Positions 7,622 through 16,587 of a DNA stretch of 36,879 nt are shown here, in pieces. Source of the stretch: a virus (taxonomy: Duplodnaviria; Caudoviricetes); IMG/VR virus record IMGVR_UViG_3300028400_000018, positions 1 to 36,879 of that record; one strand, 5' to 3'. The notes beneath the pieces were generated by a model. It had not been told where the DNA came from, searched no databases, and saw nothing but the letters and a program-made list of their open reading frames with translations. The position numbers and the translations under genes are program-made. Within the stretch, counting starts at the first letter, position 1. Every line of letters begins with the position of its first letter.

Positions 7622-9444
7622 TGCTTGACATCAGTAAATATCCCTATATCGGATTTGATACTGAGACAACAGGACTTCATTACCCAAGGGACCGGGCATT
7701 CGGGTTTTCAATAGCCGCACCGGATGGACAGGTATCTTATCACGACATACGCAGGGAACCTAAGGCACTCGATCACCTGATCGAATTGGTAAAACACTGG
7801 AACGGGAGAATTATCACACACAACGCATCATTCGATTATCGCATGTTCAAAGCAGCAGGAGGAGAACTACCCCTCCACTTGCTGGATGATACGGTAATTC
7901 GGGCTACATTGATAAACGAGCACGAGCGGTCCTATGAATTGGACCGTTTGGGTGAAAAGTATCTGGGTATGCGTAAGGAGTCAGACATCTGGCAAGAACT
8001 TGCCGATATCTTTGGTGGTCTACCCACCAAGAATGTGCAGATACGCAACCTTCCGATAGCTCCTGTCGAGGTGGTCGCTAAGTATTGTAATCAAGACGCT
8101 CTGCTGACCCTGCGACTGTGGGAATGGCAAGAAGAAGAAATCGAACGGCAGGGAATACAAGATATCGTGGACTTTGAACGCTCCCTGATTCCAACGTTCT
8201 GCAGAACAGAGACACGGGGAATCCGGGTAGACTTGGATTACGCAGAACAGGCGATGGAAGAACTCACGCCCATCATTGAACAGGAACAGGAGAAATTAAA
8301 TGCCGTTGCTGGACGCGATATTAACGTTAACTCGACCCCTCAAATACGTGAAATCTTCAGTCCCACGTACAAGGAAGGGGTCGGGTGGATTGCAAACGAT
8401 GGTACGGTCGTCGGTACGACAAAGAAGGGTCAGCCATCAATATCTGCTGAGTACCTTAGAGAAATGTCCCATCCTGCCGCGCCACTTATACTTTCTATTC
8501 GTTCGCTCATTAAAACACGAGATACCTTCCTCGCAAAACACGTCCTTGAACATGCAATCAATGGACGGGTCTATCCGAACATCAACCAGTCGAAAAGCGA
8601 ATTCGGCGGCACGGGCACTGGCCGGTTATCGTACACGGACCCTGCGATGCAGCAGATCCCGTCTCGAAATAAAAAGGTTGCCGCTATCGTCAAACCTTGT
8701 TTTCTTCCGGAAGATGGCTGCAGGTGGGTTGATGCGGATATGGCCTCGTTCGAAGTACGAGTATTCGCGCATCTTATCAACAACCCACAGGTTATTGCAG
8801 CGTACAAAGAAAATCCGGAAATTGATTTTCACCAGTTCGTGTCAGACATTACTGGACTTGTTCGGAACGCAGAATATTCGGGGCAGCCGAATGCGAAACA
8901 GCTTAACCTTTCGATGATTTTTAATTCTGGGGATGGTGCTATTGCTGCAAAGATGGGGATGCCGTGGACGTGGGAGACATTCACCACTCGGACCGGGGAG
9001 GAGGTCACCTATCGCAAGCCTGGGCCAGAAGCAAAGAAGGTGATAGAACTTTATCACCGCCGCTTACCGGGAGTACGGGAACTGGCCGAAAAATGCAAGA
9101 TGAAGGCCGAGAGTCGTGGATATCTGTTTACGTACAGAGGTCGTAGACTCCGGTTCCCAAACAAACGCCTGAGTTATAAGGCATCCGGCATCTTGATTCA
9201 GGCCACAGCAGCAGACCGAAACAAGGAACACTGGAAGCTAATTGAAACAGCGCTGGGAGATTCAGGTTTTCTAACATTGAACACGCACGATTCGTATTCA
9301 ATGTCCATCGAGAAGGGCAGGGAACAGGAGGTATTTAAAAAAGTAAAAAGGGTTGTCGAGGAGACAAATCCATTCAGGGTGCCACTGATTCTTGAACTCA
9401 GTGGTATTGGTAGAAATTGGTGGGAAGCAGTGAGGGGAAGCTAA
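7621..9444 (+). CDS. dpoZ: Family A DNA polymerase, DpoZ type, with 3'-5' exonuclease
   Basis: Exo DTETTG, HNASFD, YCNQD; pol TGRLS, DMASFEVR, KQLNLSMIF, KASGILIQ, HDS; linked to purZ. Confidence 0.88.
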   Translation: MLDISKYPYIGFDTETTGLHYPRDRAFGFSIAAPDGQVSYHDIRREPKALDHLIELVKHWNGRIITHNASFDYRMFKAAGGELPLHLLDDTVIRATLINEHERSYELDRLGEKYLGMRKESDIWQELADIFGGLPTKNVQIRNLPIAPVEVVAKYCNQDALLTLRLWEWQEEEIERQGIQDIVDFERSLIPTFCRTETRGIRVDLDYAEQAMEELTPIIEQEQEKLNAVAGRDINVNSTPQIREIFSPTYKEGVGWIANDGTVVGTTKKGQPSISAEYLREMSHPAAPLILSIRSLIKTRDTFLAKHVLEHAINGRVYPNINQSKSEFGGTGTGRLSYTDPAMQQIPSRNKKVAAIVKPCFLPEDGCRWVDADMASFEVRVFAHLINNPQVIAAYKENPEIDFHQFVSDITGLVRNAEYSGQPNAKQLNLSMIFNSGDGAIAAKMGMPWTWETFTTRTGEEVTYRKPGPEAKKVIELYHRRLPGVRELAEKCKMKAESRGYLFTYRGRRLRFPNKRLSYKASGILIQATAADRNKEHWKLIETALGDSGFLTLNTHDSYSMSIEKGREQEVFKKVKRVVEETNPFRVPLILELSGIGRNWWEAVRGS

Positions 9445-11759
9445 TGGAAGCTTACCAAGAATCAAAAGTTTTCGACATCGGCAGAATAAGGGAGATTAAC
9501 CAAAACTCTAGCAGGGAAGTTAAAGTATGGCTGGCCGCAAGATACTATGGAAGTTTGGGCTGGCGGGTTGTTCCTTTATTGCCGAACACGAAACAATTGC
9601 CGGGCCGAGCGCATGGAGTTAACTATGGCCACGCATCCAGTAACATCAAGACTATTGATAAATGGTTCCACCCAGACAACGGAAGATTCAAGGGCTGGAA
9701 CATTGGCATTGCCTGCGGATGTACTGGCGGGGCATTTGCTATTGATGTAGACAAGCATGGGGAGATTGACGGATTCAAAACTTTAGCCCAACTCCAGCAG
9801 GAATATGGTGACCTTCCTGCGGGTCCAGTACAGGAGACACCCGGAGGTGGGAAGCATTACCTGTTTAACTGGCAGGAAAACGCATCATGTACGACCGGAA
9901 AAATCGGGCCTGGCATCGATACGCGAGGAGGAGAAGAGAACACGTGCCGAGGCCACATCGTAGCGTGGCCCTCTGTCGTGGATAGCGGCGAATATCGATG
10001 GGTGGCCGGGGGTCCGATACCCGATATTCCGAAATGGGTTATGGACCGGTTGGGTGTGGCGTGGCGTCCGCCATCGAACCGGGGCCGGGGCAACGAGAAC
10101 GTGGGCGAAGACGATATCGAAACCCCGGTTCCCAAGGAACAAATTGAACAGATGCTTGCCGCCATTCCTATAGATCTTATTGACTATGATGAATGGCTAC
10201 GGATTGGGATGTCCCTAAAGTATCGATTCCCCGGCGAAGAAGGTCTGGAGATATGGGATAATTGGTCCAAGACCGGAAAACGATACAAGAACGGAGAATG
10301 CCAGATTCGGTGGGATAAGCTTAACTCCAATAACGCAGTTCGGATGGGCACCCTATTTTATATTGCAAAGAAATACGGATGGGAACCCAAGCCTGACGAT
10401 GTAAAAGGAAACAAATACGACCAGCTAGTGGCAGAAATGAACGAAACTCATGCCATTGTGGTTGTAGGGGGCAAGATTCGCATTATTAGAGAAAAGAATG
10501 GAGTGGCTAACGATTTCGAATTGCCATATGATCTTATGGATAAGGAATCATTTAAACTTTTATACTCCAACAGCAAAATAATGGTGGTAACTAAAGATGG
10601 AAAAGCAAAGCATGTATCAATTGCAGATGTTTGGCTCGCTCACCCAAATCGTAGAACCTACCCCGAAGGAATGGGAATGTATCCAAGCGGAGCACCTGAT
10701 GGATATTACAACACATGGCGTGGATTTACTGTTGACGCTCGACAGGGAGATTGCACATTATTTCTCAATCATATCCGCGATGTCATCTGCAATGGGGATA
10801 ATGATATCTACGAATGGGTCCTTGATTGGTTAGCAGACCTTGTGCAAGAACCTGACCGACCGAAGGGAACAGCAATAGTGATGCGAGGCAAGGAAGGAAC
10901 CGGCAAGGGAATATTCGCCAACACTATTGGTCGGTTGTTTGGTCCGCATTTCTTGCATCTAATTGATGAGAACCATTTGCTATCTAACTTTAACGCCCAC
11001 TTGTTGGATGCGATTCTGGTATTCGCGGATGAGATAACCTGGGGTGGGAACAGGAAGACAGCCAGCAAACTTAAAGGAATGGTGACCGAGGATAAGCTGG
11101 TTGGCGAGCGTAAAGGAGTGGATGCCGTAACGTATCGCAATATGATACACCTGATAGTAGCCAGTAATGATAAATGGGTCATTCCTGCCGGCACGAACAG
11201 TCGCAGGTGGCTGGTGCTTGAGGTATCGGACCGGTATATAGGCAATAACCAATATTTTGACTCTGTTCTGCGAGAAATAAACAATGGCGGACTGGAGGCC
11301 CTACTGCATTTCTTGCTGAATCGAAAGATAACCAATAAACTAAACCGGGCACCGTCCACCGAGGCACTGGAAGAACAAAGGGCCATGTCAATATCGACTC
11401 GGTATGACTCGGTCGAATCGTGGTGGCAAGAGACGATAGAAATTGGCATAATTAAAGCCCCCGCCATGTTTGTTGAGGATGAGAACAAGAATGATGATTG
11501 GCCTAGTGCGGTGTTAAATTCAGATCTGTTTAATTCGTACGTGGAGTGGTGCAAGGACAGAGGAAATACCACACCTGTAGCACATAACGTATTCGGCAAG
11601 ACGATGCGGAAGCTGGGAGTAGATGTTAAAAGAAAGCGAGTTCCAGGAGGGAAATTCGTAAATGCTGCATTAATCCCGTCACGGGAGGAATGCATCAAAT
11701 TGTTCAACCGAGAAATGGGCAGCGAGGTGATTAAAGATGAAGTCATTGATGAAGATTGA
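9444..11759 (+). CDS. Bifunctional primase-polymerase / PriCT-2 / SF3 helicase
   Basis: NIGI, IDVD, TPGGGKHYLF, GIDTRG (Prim-Pol); YDEWLRIGM...WDNWS (PriCT-2); GKEGTGKG Walker A, FADE Walker B, ASN motif C; TAATG coupling. Confidence 0.92.
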   Translation: MEAYQESKVFDIGRIREINQNSSREVKVWLAARYYGSLGWRVVPLLPNTKQLPGRAHGVNYGHASSNIKTIDKWFHPDNGRFKGWNIGIACGCTGGAFAIDVDKHGEIDGFKTLAQLQQEYGDLPAGPVQETPGGGKHYLFNWQENASCTTGKIGPGIDTRGGEENTCRGHIVAWPSVVDSGEYRWVAGGPIPDIPKWVMDRLGVAWRPPSNRGRGNENVGEDDIETPVPKEQIEQMLAAIPIDLIDYDEWLRIGMSLKYRFPGEEGLEIWDNWSKTGKRYKNGECQIRWDKLNSNNAVRMGTLFYIAKKYGWEPKPDDVKGNKYDQLVAEMNETHAIVVVGGKIRIIREKNGVANDFELPYDLMDKESFKLLYSNSKIMVVTKDGKAKHVSIADVWLAHPNRRTYPEGMGMYPSGAPDGYYNTWRGFTVDARQGDCTLFLNHIRDVICNGDNDIYEWVLDWLADLVQEPDRPKGTAIVMRGKEGTGKGIFANTIGRLFGPHFLHLIDENHLLSNFNAHLLDAILVFADEITWGGNRKTASKLKGMVTEDKLVGERKGVDAVTYRNMIHLIVASNDKWVIPAGTNSRRWLVLEVSDRYIGNNQYFDSVLREINNGGLEALLHFLLNRKITNKLNRAPSTEALEEQRAMSISTRYDSVESWWQETIEIGIIKAPAMFVEDENKNDDWPSAVLNSDLFNSYVEWCKDRGNTTPVAHNVFGKTMRKLGVDVKRKRVPGGKFVNAALIPSREECIKLFNREMGSEVIKDEVIDED

Positions 11760-11931
11760 AGTTTGGCACGAGAGTGAAGATACGATGAGGAAGCTATACA
11801 AGGAACTTAAAGAGCGTGGGTTCATTGTAGCGCATCCTTATTACACCAACGGCTACGGGGCACCGATAAACTATGCTGGCCCGTCAGCTTATTATCCTGC
11901 ACCAACAGAAGGAGAGATCGATGGGGAGTAA
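11737..11931 (+). CDS. Hypothetical protein between primase and purZ
   Basis: GAGG RBS; fills the gap and overlaps both neighbours. Confidence 0.6.
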   Translation: MKSLMKIEVWHESEDTMRKLYKELKERGFIVAHPYYTNGYGAPINYAGPSAYYPAPTEGEIDGE

Positions 11932-12946
11932 AAAAGTTACGATGATAGTAGACCTGCAATATGGCTCGACCGGCAAGGGAAGTATTGCCGGATATTTGGC
12001 TCGTAGGGAAGAAGCCGATGTTGTAGTGTCGGCCAACATGCCCAACGCAGGACACACGTTTATCGATGAGCAGGGCCGAAAATTCGTAAATAAGGTTCTG
12101 CCATCTGCGGCGGCATCCCCGTTCGTCAAAGCTGTGCTCATTGGGCCGGGGGCAGTATTTGACCCGAAGCAACTAAAGAAGGAGATACAGGAGCACAGGA
12201 AAGCTGGATATCTTGTCGGTGTCCCGATATTCATCCATGAGAACGCAGTGCCGTTGATGGAGGAACACCGGCAAATAGAACAAGAATCCGATGAACTTAA
12301 GAACATTGGGTCAACGCAGCAGGGGTCTATGGCAGCGATGGTTTATAAACTTGCACGGGACCCTAGCAAAAGGGTGATAGCAAGGGATGTGGATATGGGC
12401 CTGGACCTGTGGCATATGATAGAGGTAATTACTCCACGGGCTTATCAGGGTGTGCTGCAGGAGGCAAACCATATCCTTGCTGAAGGCGCACAGGGATTCA
12501 GCCTCGGTATCAATGAGCGGTTTTATCCATACTGCACCAGCAGGGACTGTACAGTTGCCCGTTTCCTCGCTGAAATGGCCATTCCGCACTGGATGTTAGA
12601 TGATGTAATTGGTACCTTGCGGACCTATCCAATTCGAGTCGGCGGCAATTCGGGCGGGTGCTATCCTGACCAGCGAGAAATGACATGGGACGAAGTTGGC
12701 GTGGAGCCTGAAACCACGACAGTGACCGGCAGAGTGCGACGGGTGTTCGATTTCTCGATTATTCAGTTTCGAGAAGCTCTGCACATGAATCGGCCAAACC
12801 ATCTGTTCTTGAACTTTGTAAATTACCTAAAGAATGAGGAAATAGATGATTTCATTCCTATGGTAGATATCATCGCCCATGAGTTCAATTCTCGGCTGAG
12901 TTTCCTTGGCTATGGCCCCACTATCAACGACATCGCGGAGGTGTAG
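11921..12946 (+). CDS. purZ: N6-succino-2-amino-2'-deoxyadenylate synthase (PurA paralog)
   Basis: DLQYGSTGKG (Ser where PurA has the Asp of GDEGKG), NAGHT, EGAQG, YPYCTSR, PIRVGG, TTVTGRVRR, FLNFVNY in place of PurA TKLD; RBS AAGGAG. Confidence 0.95.
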   Translation: MGSKKVTMIVDLQYGSTGKGSIAGYLARREEADVVVSANMPNAGHTFIDEQGRKFVNKVLPSAAASPFVKAVLIGPGAVFDPKQLKKEIQEHRKAGYLVGVPIFIHENAVPLMEEHRQIEQESDELKNIGSTQQGSMAAMVYKLARDPSKRVIARDVDMGLDLWHMIEVITPRAYQGVLQEANHILAEGAQGFSLGINERFYPYCTSRDCTVARFLAEMAIPHWMLDDVIGTLRTYPIRVGGNSGGCYPDQREMTWDEVGVEPETTTVTGRVRRVFDFSIIQFREALHMNRPNHLFLNFVNYLKNEEIDDFIPMVDIIAHEFNSRLSFLGYGPTINDIAEV

Positions 12947-12947
12947 C

Positions 12948-13205
12948 ATGCAGGATTATGATGAATATTACGAGGCCATTGTCCATATGGCCCGTGTCAA
13001 GCTCCTAATGAACAAGCACAAGGGCAATATTGAAGATGTACACCCCGATCAACTGATCGAGTTCGCAATGAGGGAACTGCATGAACTACGTGAAGCTATC
13101 GGCAATGGAAGTTATATGGCAATCATCGAAGAGATTGCGGACGTACTGAACTTCGTTATGGCCGCAGGAGTTCAAGCAATCGAGGAATACAGGAGGCGGA
13201 AATGA
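12948..13205 (+). CDS. mazZ: MazG-like (d)NTP pyrophosphohydrolase, probable mazZ equivalent
   Basis: ELHELREA...EEIADVLNF all-alpha NTP-PPase signature; lies between purZ and datZ; RBS GGAGG. Confidence 0.75.
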   Translation: MQDYDEYYEAIVHMARVKLLMNKHKGNIEDVHPDQLIEFAMRELHELREAIGNGSYMAIIEEIADVLNFVMAAGVQAIEEYRRRK

Positions 13206-13714
13206 GCAACAGACTTGAGATACAGGACATTCTGCGAGCTGAGGACGTTCACAGATGGACCATCGTGAAGACAGTAAAGAGGCAGTCCCTTGCTGAGCAT
13301 ACGTTCAACGTTATCGCTATCGCACGGGACATCGCAAAGAACCTTGGTATCGATGACGAGCGGATTATCAAATACGCATTTGAGCATGACCTCGACGAGA
13401 TACTGACCGGTGACATCCCAACCCCGGCCAAGGACTCCGGCAAGGTGGACATTAAGTACAACGGTAAGAATGATGCCCTGCTTACTGAACTCGAACGGGC
13501 GGTGGTTAAGATAGCCGACCTGCTGGAGGCAAACTGGTGGCTTAACACCAATGGCATTGGACGCCACGCATCACAGGTAATGGATGGACTTATCGACCGG
13601 TTAAATACCAGAATTGCACTAATGTCAGCTACCCATCCTCAGTTACAGGAGGCTGTGGGTAAGACCATTCAATCAATCGAAATGGGCAAATTCGAGGAGT
13701 TTTGCGATGGATGA
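13202..13714 (+). CDS. datZ: HD-domain dATP triphosphohydrolase
   Basis: RW...QSLAEH, HDLDEILTGDIPTP, VKIAD HD-family motifs; purZ context. Confidence 0.88.
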   Translation: MSNRLEIQDILRAEDVHRWTIVKTVKRQSLAEHTFNVIAIARDIAKNLGIDDERIIKYAFEHDLDEILTGDIPTPAKDSGKVDIKYNGKNDALLTELERAVVKIADLLEANWWLNTNGIGRHASQVMDGLIDRLNTRIALMSATHPQLQEAVGKTIQSIEMGKFEEFCDG

Positions 13715-14186
13715 GTTAGGATTTCAAATGCACATCGTTCGGGCATTCGATACTATGTTCCATGAAGATGCCCATGTTTCCTTCACAGAGTCCCTGGACC
13801 TGAACCCTGGGGTGCCCGACCTTCACGTCACCGTCCACGGCATGTCGTTCTGGATAGAATGCAAGGTATGGAGGCCCGGCAGGATGCCAAGCATACGACC
13901 CACACAGGTTAAATGGATAGAAAAGGAACTGGCAGCAAATGGCAGAGTGGTTATTGCTGTGCTATATAAGGATGAATTTGTAAAAGTCTATCGCGGGGCA
14001 GCAGCAAGGGATATCGTTCGCTGCAAAGCTGCAAATCAGATGCGCATGATGGCAGAGCTACACACAACGCTTAACATGCAAGCGATGACCGAGGCTCTGA
14101 TAAACGTCGCTTATCCGGGGGCGATAGACTTTATGCCAAAAACAGCGATGGAGGAAACTATTTCTTCTTCGGACGATAACCATTAG
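13707..14186 (+). CDS. PD-(D/E)xK nuclease (VRR-NUC/resolvase-like)
   Basis: GVPDL...WIECK...RPTQVKW. Confidence 0.78.
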   Translation: MDELGFQMHIVRAFDTMFHEDAHVSFTESLDLNPGVPDLHVTVHGMSFWIECKVWRPGRMPSIRPTQVKWIEKELAANGRVVIAVLYKDEFVKVYRGAAARDIVRCKAANQMRMMAELHTTLNMQAMTEALINVAYPGAIDFMPKTAMEETISSSDDNH

Positions 14187-14298
14187 CATAGGCAGCCCGG
14201 CCTTGACGTGCAGCCTTGGACCGAGCACCCTTTCCGCAGTATTTCTTTCCCTTACTGCCCCATTTGTAGCAATTTTTTCCTACTTTGCGAACAGGCAT
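14158..14298 (-). CDS. Small very basic protein (46 aa; not in ORF track)
   Basis: Hand translation MPVRKVGKNCYKWGSKGKKYCGKGARSKAARQGRAAYANGYRPKKK; RBS GGAAGGA. Confidence 0.75.
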   Translation of the reverse strand: MPVRKVGKNCYKWGSKGKKYCGKGARSKAARQGRAAYANGYRPKKK

Positions 14299-14311
14299 TG
14301 TCTTTCCTTCC

Positions 14312-14336
14312 AAAAAAGGGGGCGTATAGCCCCCTT
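14312..14336 (-). terminator. Intrinsic terminator of late operon
   Basis: Minus strand AAGGGGGC-TATAC-GCCCCC-TTTTTT. Confidence 0.8.
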
Positions 14337-14338
14337 AG

Positions 14339-14611
14339 TTATTTGAGATTGTACTTGGACTTGTTGGCCTCGTAATCGCAACCTGCGACTTCGAAGAAAT
14401 AGCCAGGATTGGCCTTCCATTCGACCTTGCGTACAGGTTCGTGCCAGCAGGCGGACGGCTCTTCATAAGCCTTCATGAAGTACGGCCCGAAAATGCCGAC
14501 AGCGTAAACAGCGACCTCGCCAATGGCGGGCGTGATGACCGGGGTAGCCGATACAGGGCCTGCGATGATGAGTACCAGGGTCGTCAGAATTGCAGTAATT
14601 GCCTTCTTCAT
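14339..14611 (-). CDS. Secreted/membrane hypothetical protein in lysis region
   Basis: Signal-peptide-like N-terminus MKKAITAILTTLVLIIAGPVSA; RBS GAGGAG. Confidence 0.75.
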   Translation of the reverse strand: MKKAITAILTTLVLIIAGPVSATPVITPAIGEVAVYAVGIFGPYFMKAYEEPSACWHEPVRKVEWKANPGYFFEVAGCDYEANKSKYNLK

Positions 14612-14628
14612 TGTTTCTCTCCTCTTGG

Positions 14629-15027
14629 TTAACCGGAATCCGTCCGGCGCGGTAGGTTTTTGACGACTTTTTCAGCACTTCTGCCGATGGTGTAGCCGCC
14701 AACACCAATCATTAAAAGACTCCACATCTGGTCCGGAATTTCAAGAACCGGAGCTTCCTGCCAAAACAACGACAGGTAGGGATACAGGATATAATTATTA
14801 AGCAAAATGAGCATGAAGATGTACATAAGCGAAGGACGCCATCTACGTACCCATTTATCTTCGCTTTGTGCCTCCGCTACGATAACCTTTACTTGCTCAG
14901 CGGTGCGCTTTAATTCGGCCTGTGCCTCTGCAGTGAGAAGTTTAGCTTTTGCTTCTGCTGCTTTTTGCGGGTCAGGAAAAATAAGGTCTAGCGCTTTGCT
15001 AATGATTGGGAATATAGCCTCTATCAT
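14629..15027 (-). CDS. Holin (3TM, gene-transfer-agent type)
   Basis: I.AEAQS...WRP, IPDQMW.L...G.GGY..GRS.EK pattern; hydrophobic helices. Confidence 0.8.
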   Translation of the reverse strand: MIEAIFPIISKALDLIFPDPQKAAEAKAKLLTAEAQAELKRTAEQVKVIVAEAQSEDKWVRRWRPSLMYIFMLILLNNYILYPYLSLFWQEAPVLEIPDQMWSLLMIGVGGYTIGRSAEKVVKNLPRRTDSG

Positions 15028-15314
15028 TACAGTCCTCCTTTCTTAAGTATGCCCCATGCCGCAGCCACAGCAATTATCACACCAGCCAACCATTTTGCGA
15101 AACTGCCTAGAGCTTTTGTGAAATTACCAAATCCCTTAGCATTACGCCACAAGACCAATAATTCACTAACATCTGTGCGAATTTCATCAATCTTATTGGC
15201 TATATTCTCTGCGTTTTCAGCATAAGTATCTAGCCGCAAAGAAATCTTTGAAACATCACGTTCAAGCTCAGTTAGGCGAGTTTCAATTAGCTGGATGCGA
15301 TTTTCATCAGTCAC
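15027..15314 (-). CDS. Coiled-coil protein with C-terminal TM (lysis-associated)
   Basis: GTG start with GGGAG RBS; heptad pattern; WLAGVIIAVAAAWGIL. Confidence 0.7.
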   Translation of the reverse strand: MTDENRIQLIETRLTELERDVSKISLRLDTYAENAENIANKIDEIRTDVSELLVLWRNAKGFGNFTKALGSFAKWLAGVIIAVAAAWGILKKGGL

Positions 15315-15315
15315 G

Positions 15316-15660
15316 TCATCTTCTCCCTTCATGCTCAAGTGAGTAATGGTTACCATCATTAAACCGCCCACCCCAGCTTCCACCTATACTTTCCCAGTAT
15401 TCACCAAGGGGGCGATGGTCTTCCGTTGACGTGAGGTATTTTCCATCCTTGAAAAGATTAAAATCCACAGCCAGCCGAATCTTGTGATTTGACCGACTAC
15501 GACCGTAGCCTTTTGGTTCACCTACTTCGCCAAATACTCTTGGGTCACGATACGCGTCTCCGAACGTAAGCTCGTACCCGTTGTCATAAGCGAATTTAAT
15601 TAAATCAGCAATCATACGGGTGAACCTTCTCTGTTTCTCTCCTAGGCTTTCTTTTTTCAT
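15316..15660 (-). CDS. Endolysin, M15 family peptidase
   Basis: AYR, SNH...LAVD, WGG.F.D..H zinc-peptidase motifs. Confidence 0.88.
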   Translation of the reverse strand: MKKESLGEKQRRFTRMIADLIKFAYDNGYELTFGDAYRDPRVFGEVGEPKGYGRSRSNHKIRLAVDFNLFKDGKYLTSTEDHRPLGEYWESIGGSWGGRFNDGNHYSLEHEGRR

Positions 15661-15661
15661 T

Positions 15662-15757
15662 TTATTGCTCCCGGTTAAAGATTTCACTCAAAGCGTACTT
15701 TTTCCTTGTGGTTCCCTTGCCGGGGGCTTGGCGAGGTGGGCGTTTAGGTTTCTTCAT
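15662..15757 (-). CDS. Tiny basic peptide (31 aa; not in ORF track)
   Basis: MKKPKRPPRQAPGKGTTRKKYALSEIFNREQ; TAATG coupling and exact fill of the gap. Confidence 0.5.
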   Translation of the reverse strand: MKKPKRPPRQAPGKGTTRKKYALSEIFNREQ

Positions 15758-16020
15758 TACGGCACAGGTCCATTTCTTACGCACCAATACTCATAGAGCA
15801 TGTCATTCAGGTGCCCGTCCGGAATACCCAACCCAGACAAAAAACTGCGCCACATGTCCTGCAATTGGCCACTCGGAACTCCTCTTGCAAGAAGAAATTC
15901 TCGAGCAGCGTCTTGCAAATTGTTGCTGGTGGCACCATTAGCCTTGTAAAAAGCTAGTAGTCCTTCATTGGTAGTAGGTCCGCCAGTAACAGATACGATG
16001 CAGTCGTTAATTTGAGGCAT
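15757..16020 (-). CDS. Hypothetical late protein
   Basis: 87 aa ORF tiling late operon. Confidence 0.7.
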   Translation of the reverse strand: MPQINDCIVSVTGGPTTNEGLLAFYKANGATSNNLQDAAREFLLARGVPSGQLQDMWRSFLSGLGIPDGHLNDMLYEYWCVRNGPVP

Positions 16021-16031
16021 TGTTTCTTACC

Positions 16032-16445
16032 TTAGGTAGTATAGTCCGGCAGACGTTCCCGCATGTATTGACGGGCAACCCGCACAGCTTCTTCCAGAAC
16101 GAGTGTCCGACCGGCAACCCCAATAGGGACCTCAACAGCAGCTTCCCCGGCCACTACATCATTGGACGTGGCCACTGCTCGACAATTCTCCGTGCCAATG
16201 GTACAAGCAAATACCTTGGCATTGGTCGAATCATAATTGCCGGCATGGATTTGTTCTGCAGCATACCGAACAGCTTGTTTAATGGCATTGTCGTGAATAT
16301 TTCGATAATCGAAATGCCCAGCAGTGCCGGTCATGAGCATAACGCCTACGCGGGCACCAGAACCGGTAGTAGTACCAGGATCTGCAAATGCTTCATTGAT
16401 GCTCTTCTTCGGGCTGTTCAACAGAACGCTTACTTGTATAGCCAT
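16032..16445 (-). CDS. Hypothetical late (possible virion) protein
   Basis: Strong RBS AAGGAGG; 137 aa. Confidence 0.8.
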   Translation of the reverse strand: MAIQVSVLLNSPKKSINEAFADPGTTTGSGARVGVMLMTGTAGHFDYRNIHDNAIKQAVRYAAEQIHAGNYDSTNAKVFACTIGTENCRAVATSNDVVAGEAAVEVPIGVAGRTLVLEEAVRVARQYMRERLPDYTT

Positions 16446-16587
16446 TGTTAGTTTCCTCCTTACAAGTACGAATGATAAGCCACGATCCTACTTCAACTGT
16501 GGCTTGTGCTCCTTCCTCACATGGTTGGTTATTAATAGCACAACCAGCGAGAAAAATGATAGATAGTGGCAGAAACACATTAATCAT
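16393..16587 (-). CDS. Putative lipoprotein
   Basis: Hydrophobic leader with lipobox FLAGC; ATGA coupling. Confidence 0.6.
   Translation of the reverse strand: MINVFLPLSIIFLAGCAINNQPCEEGAQATVEVGSWLIIRTCKEETNNGYTSKRSVEQPEEEHQ

Noticed and set aside
10808-11746. 312-aa - strand ORF
   Set aside because: Shadow of the primase-helicase; no motifs or RBS
11921-12946. Annotation as ordinary adenylosuccinate synthetase purA
   Set aside because: GSTGKG and NFxN replace GDEGKG and TKLD; flanked by MazG-like and HD genes
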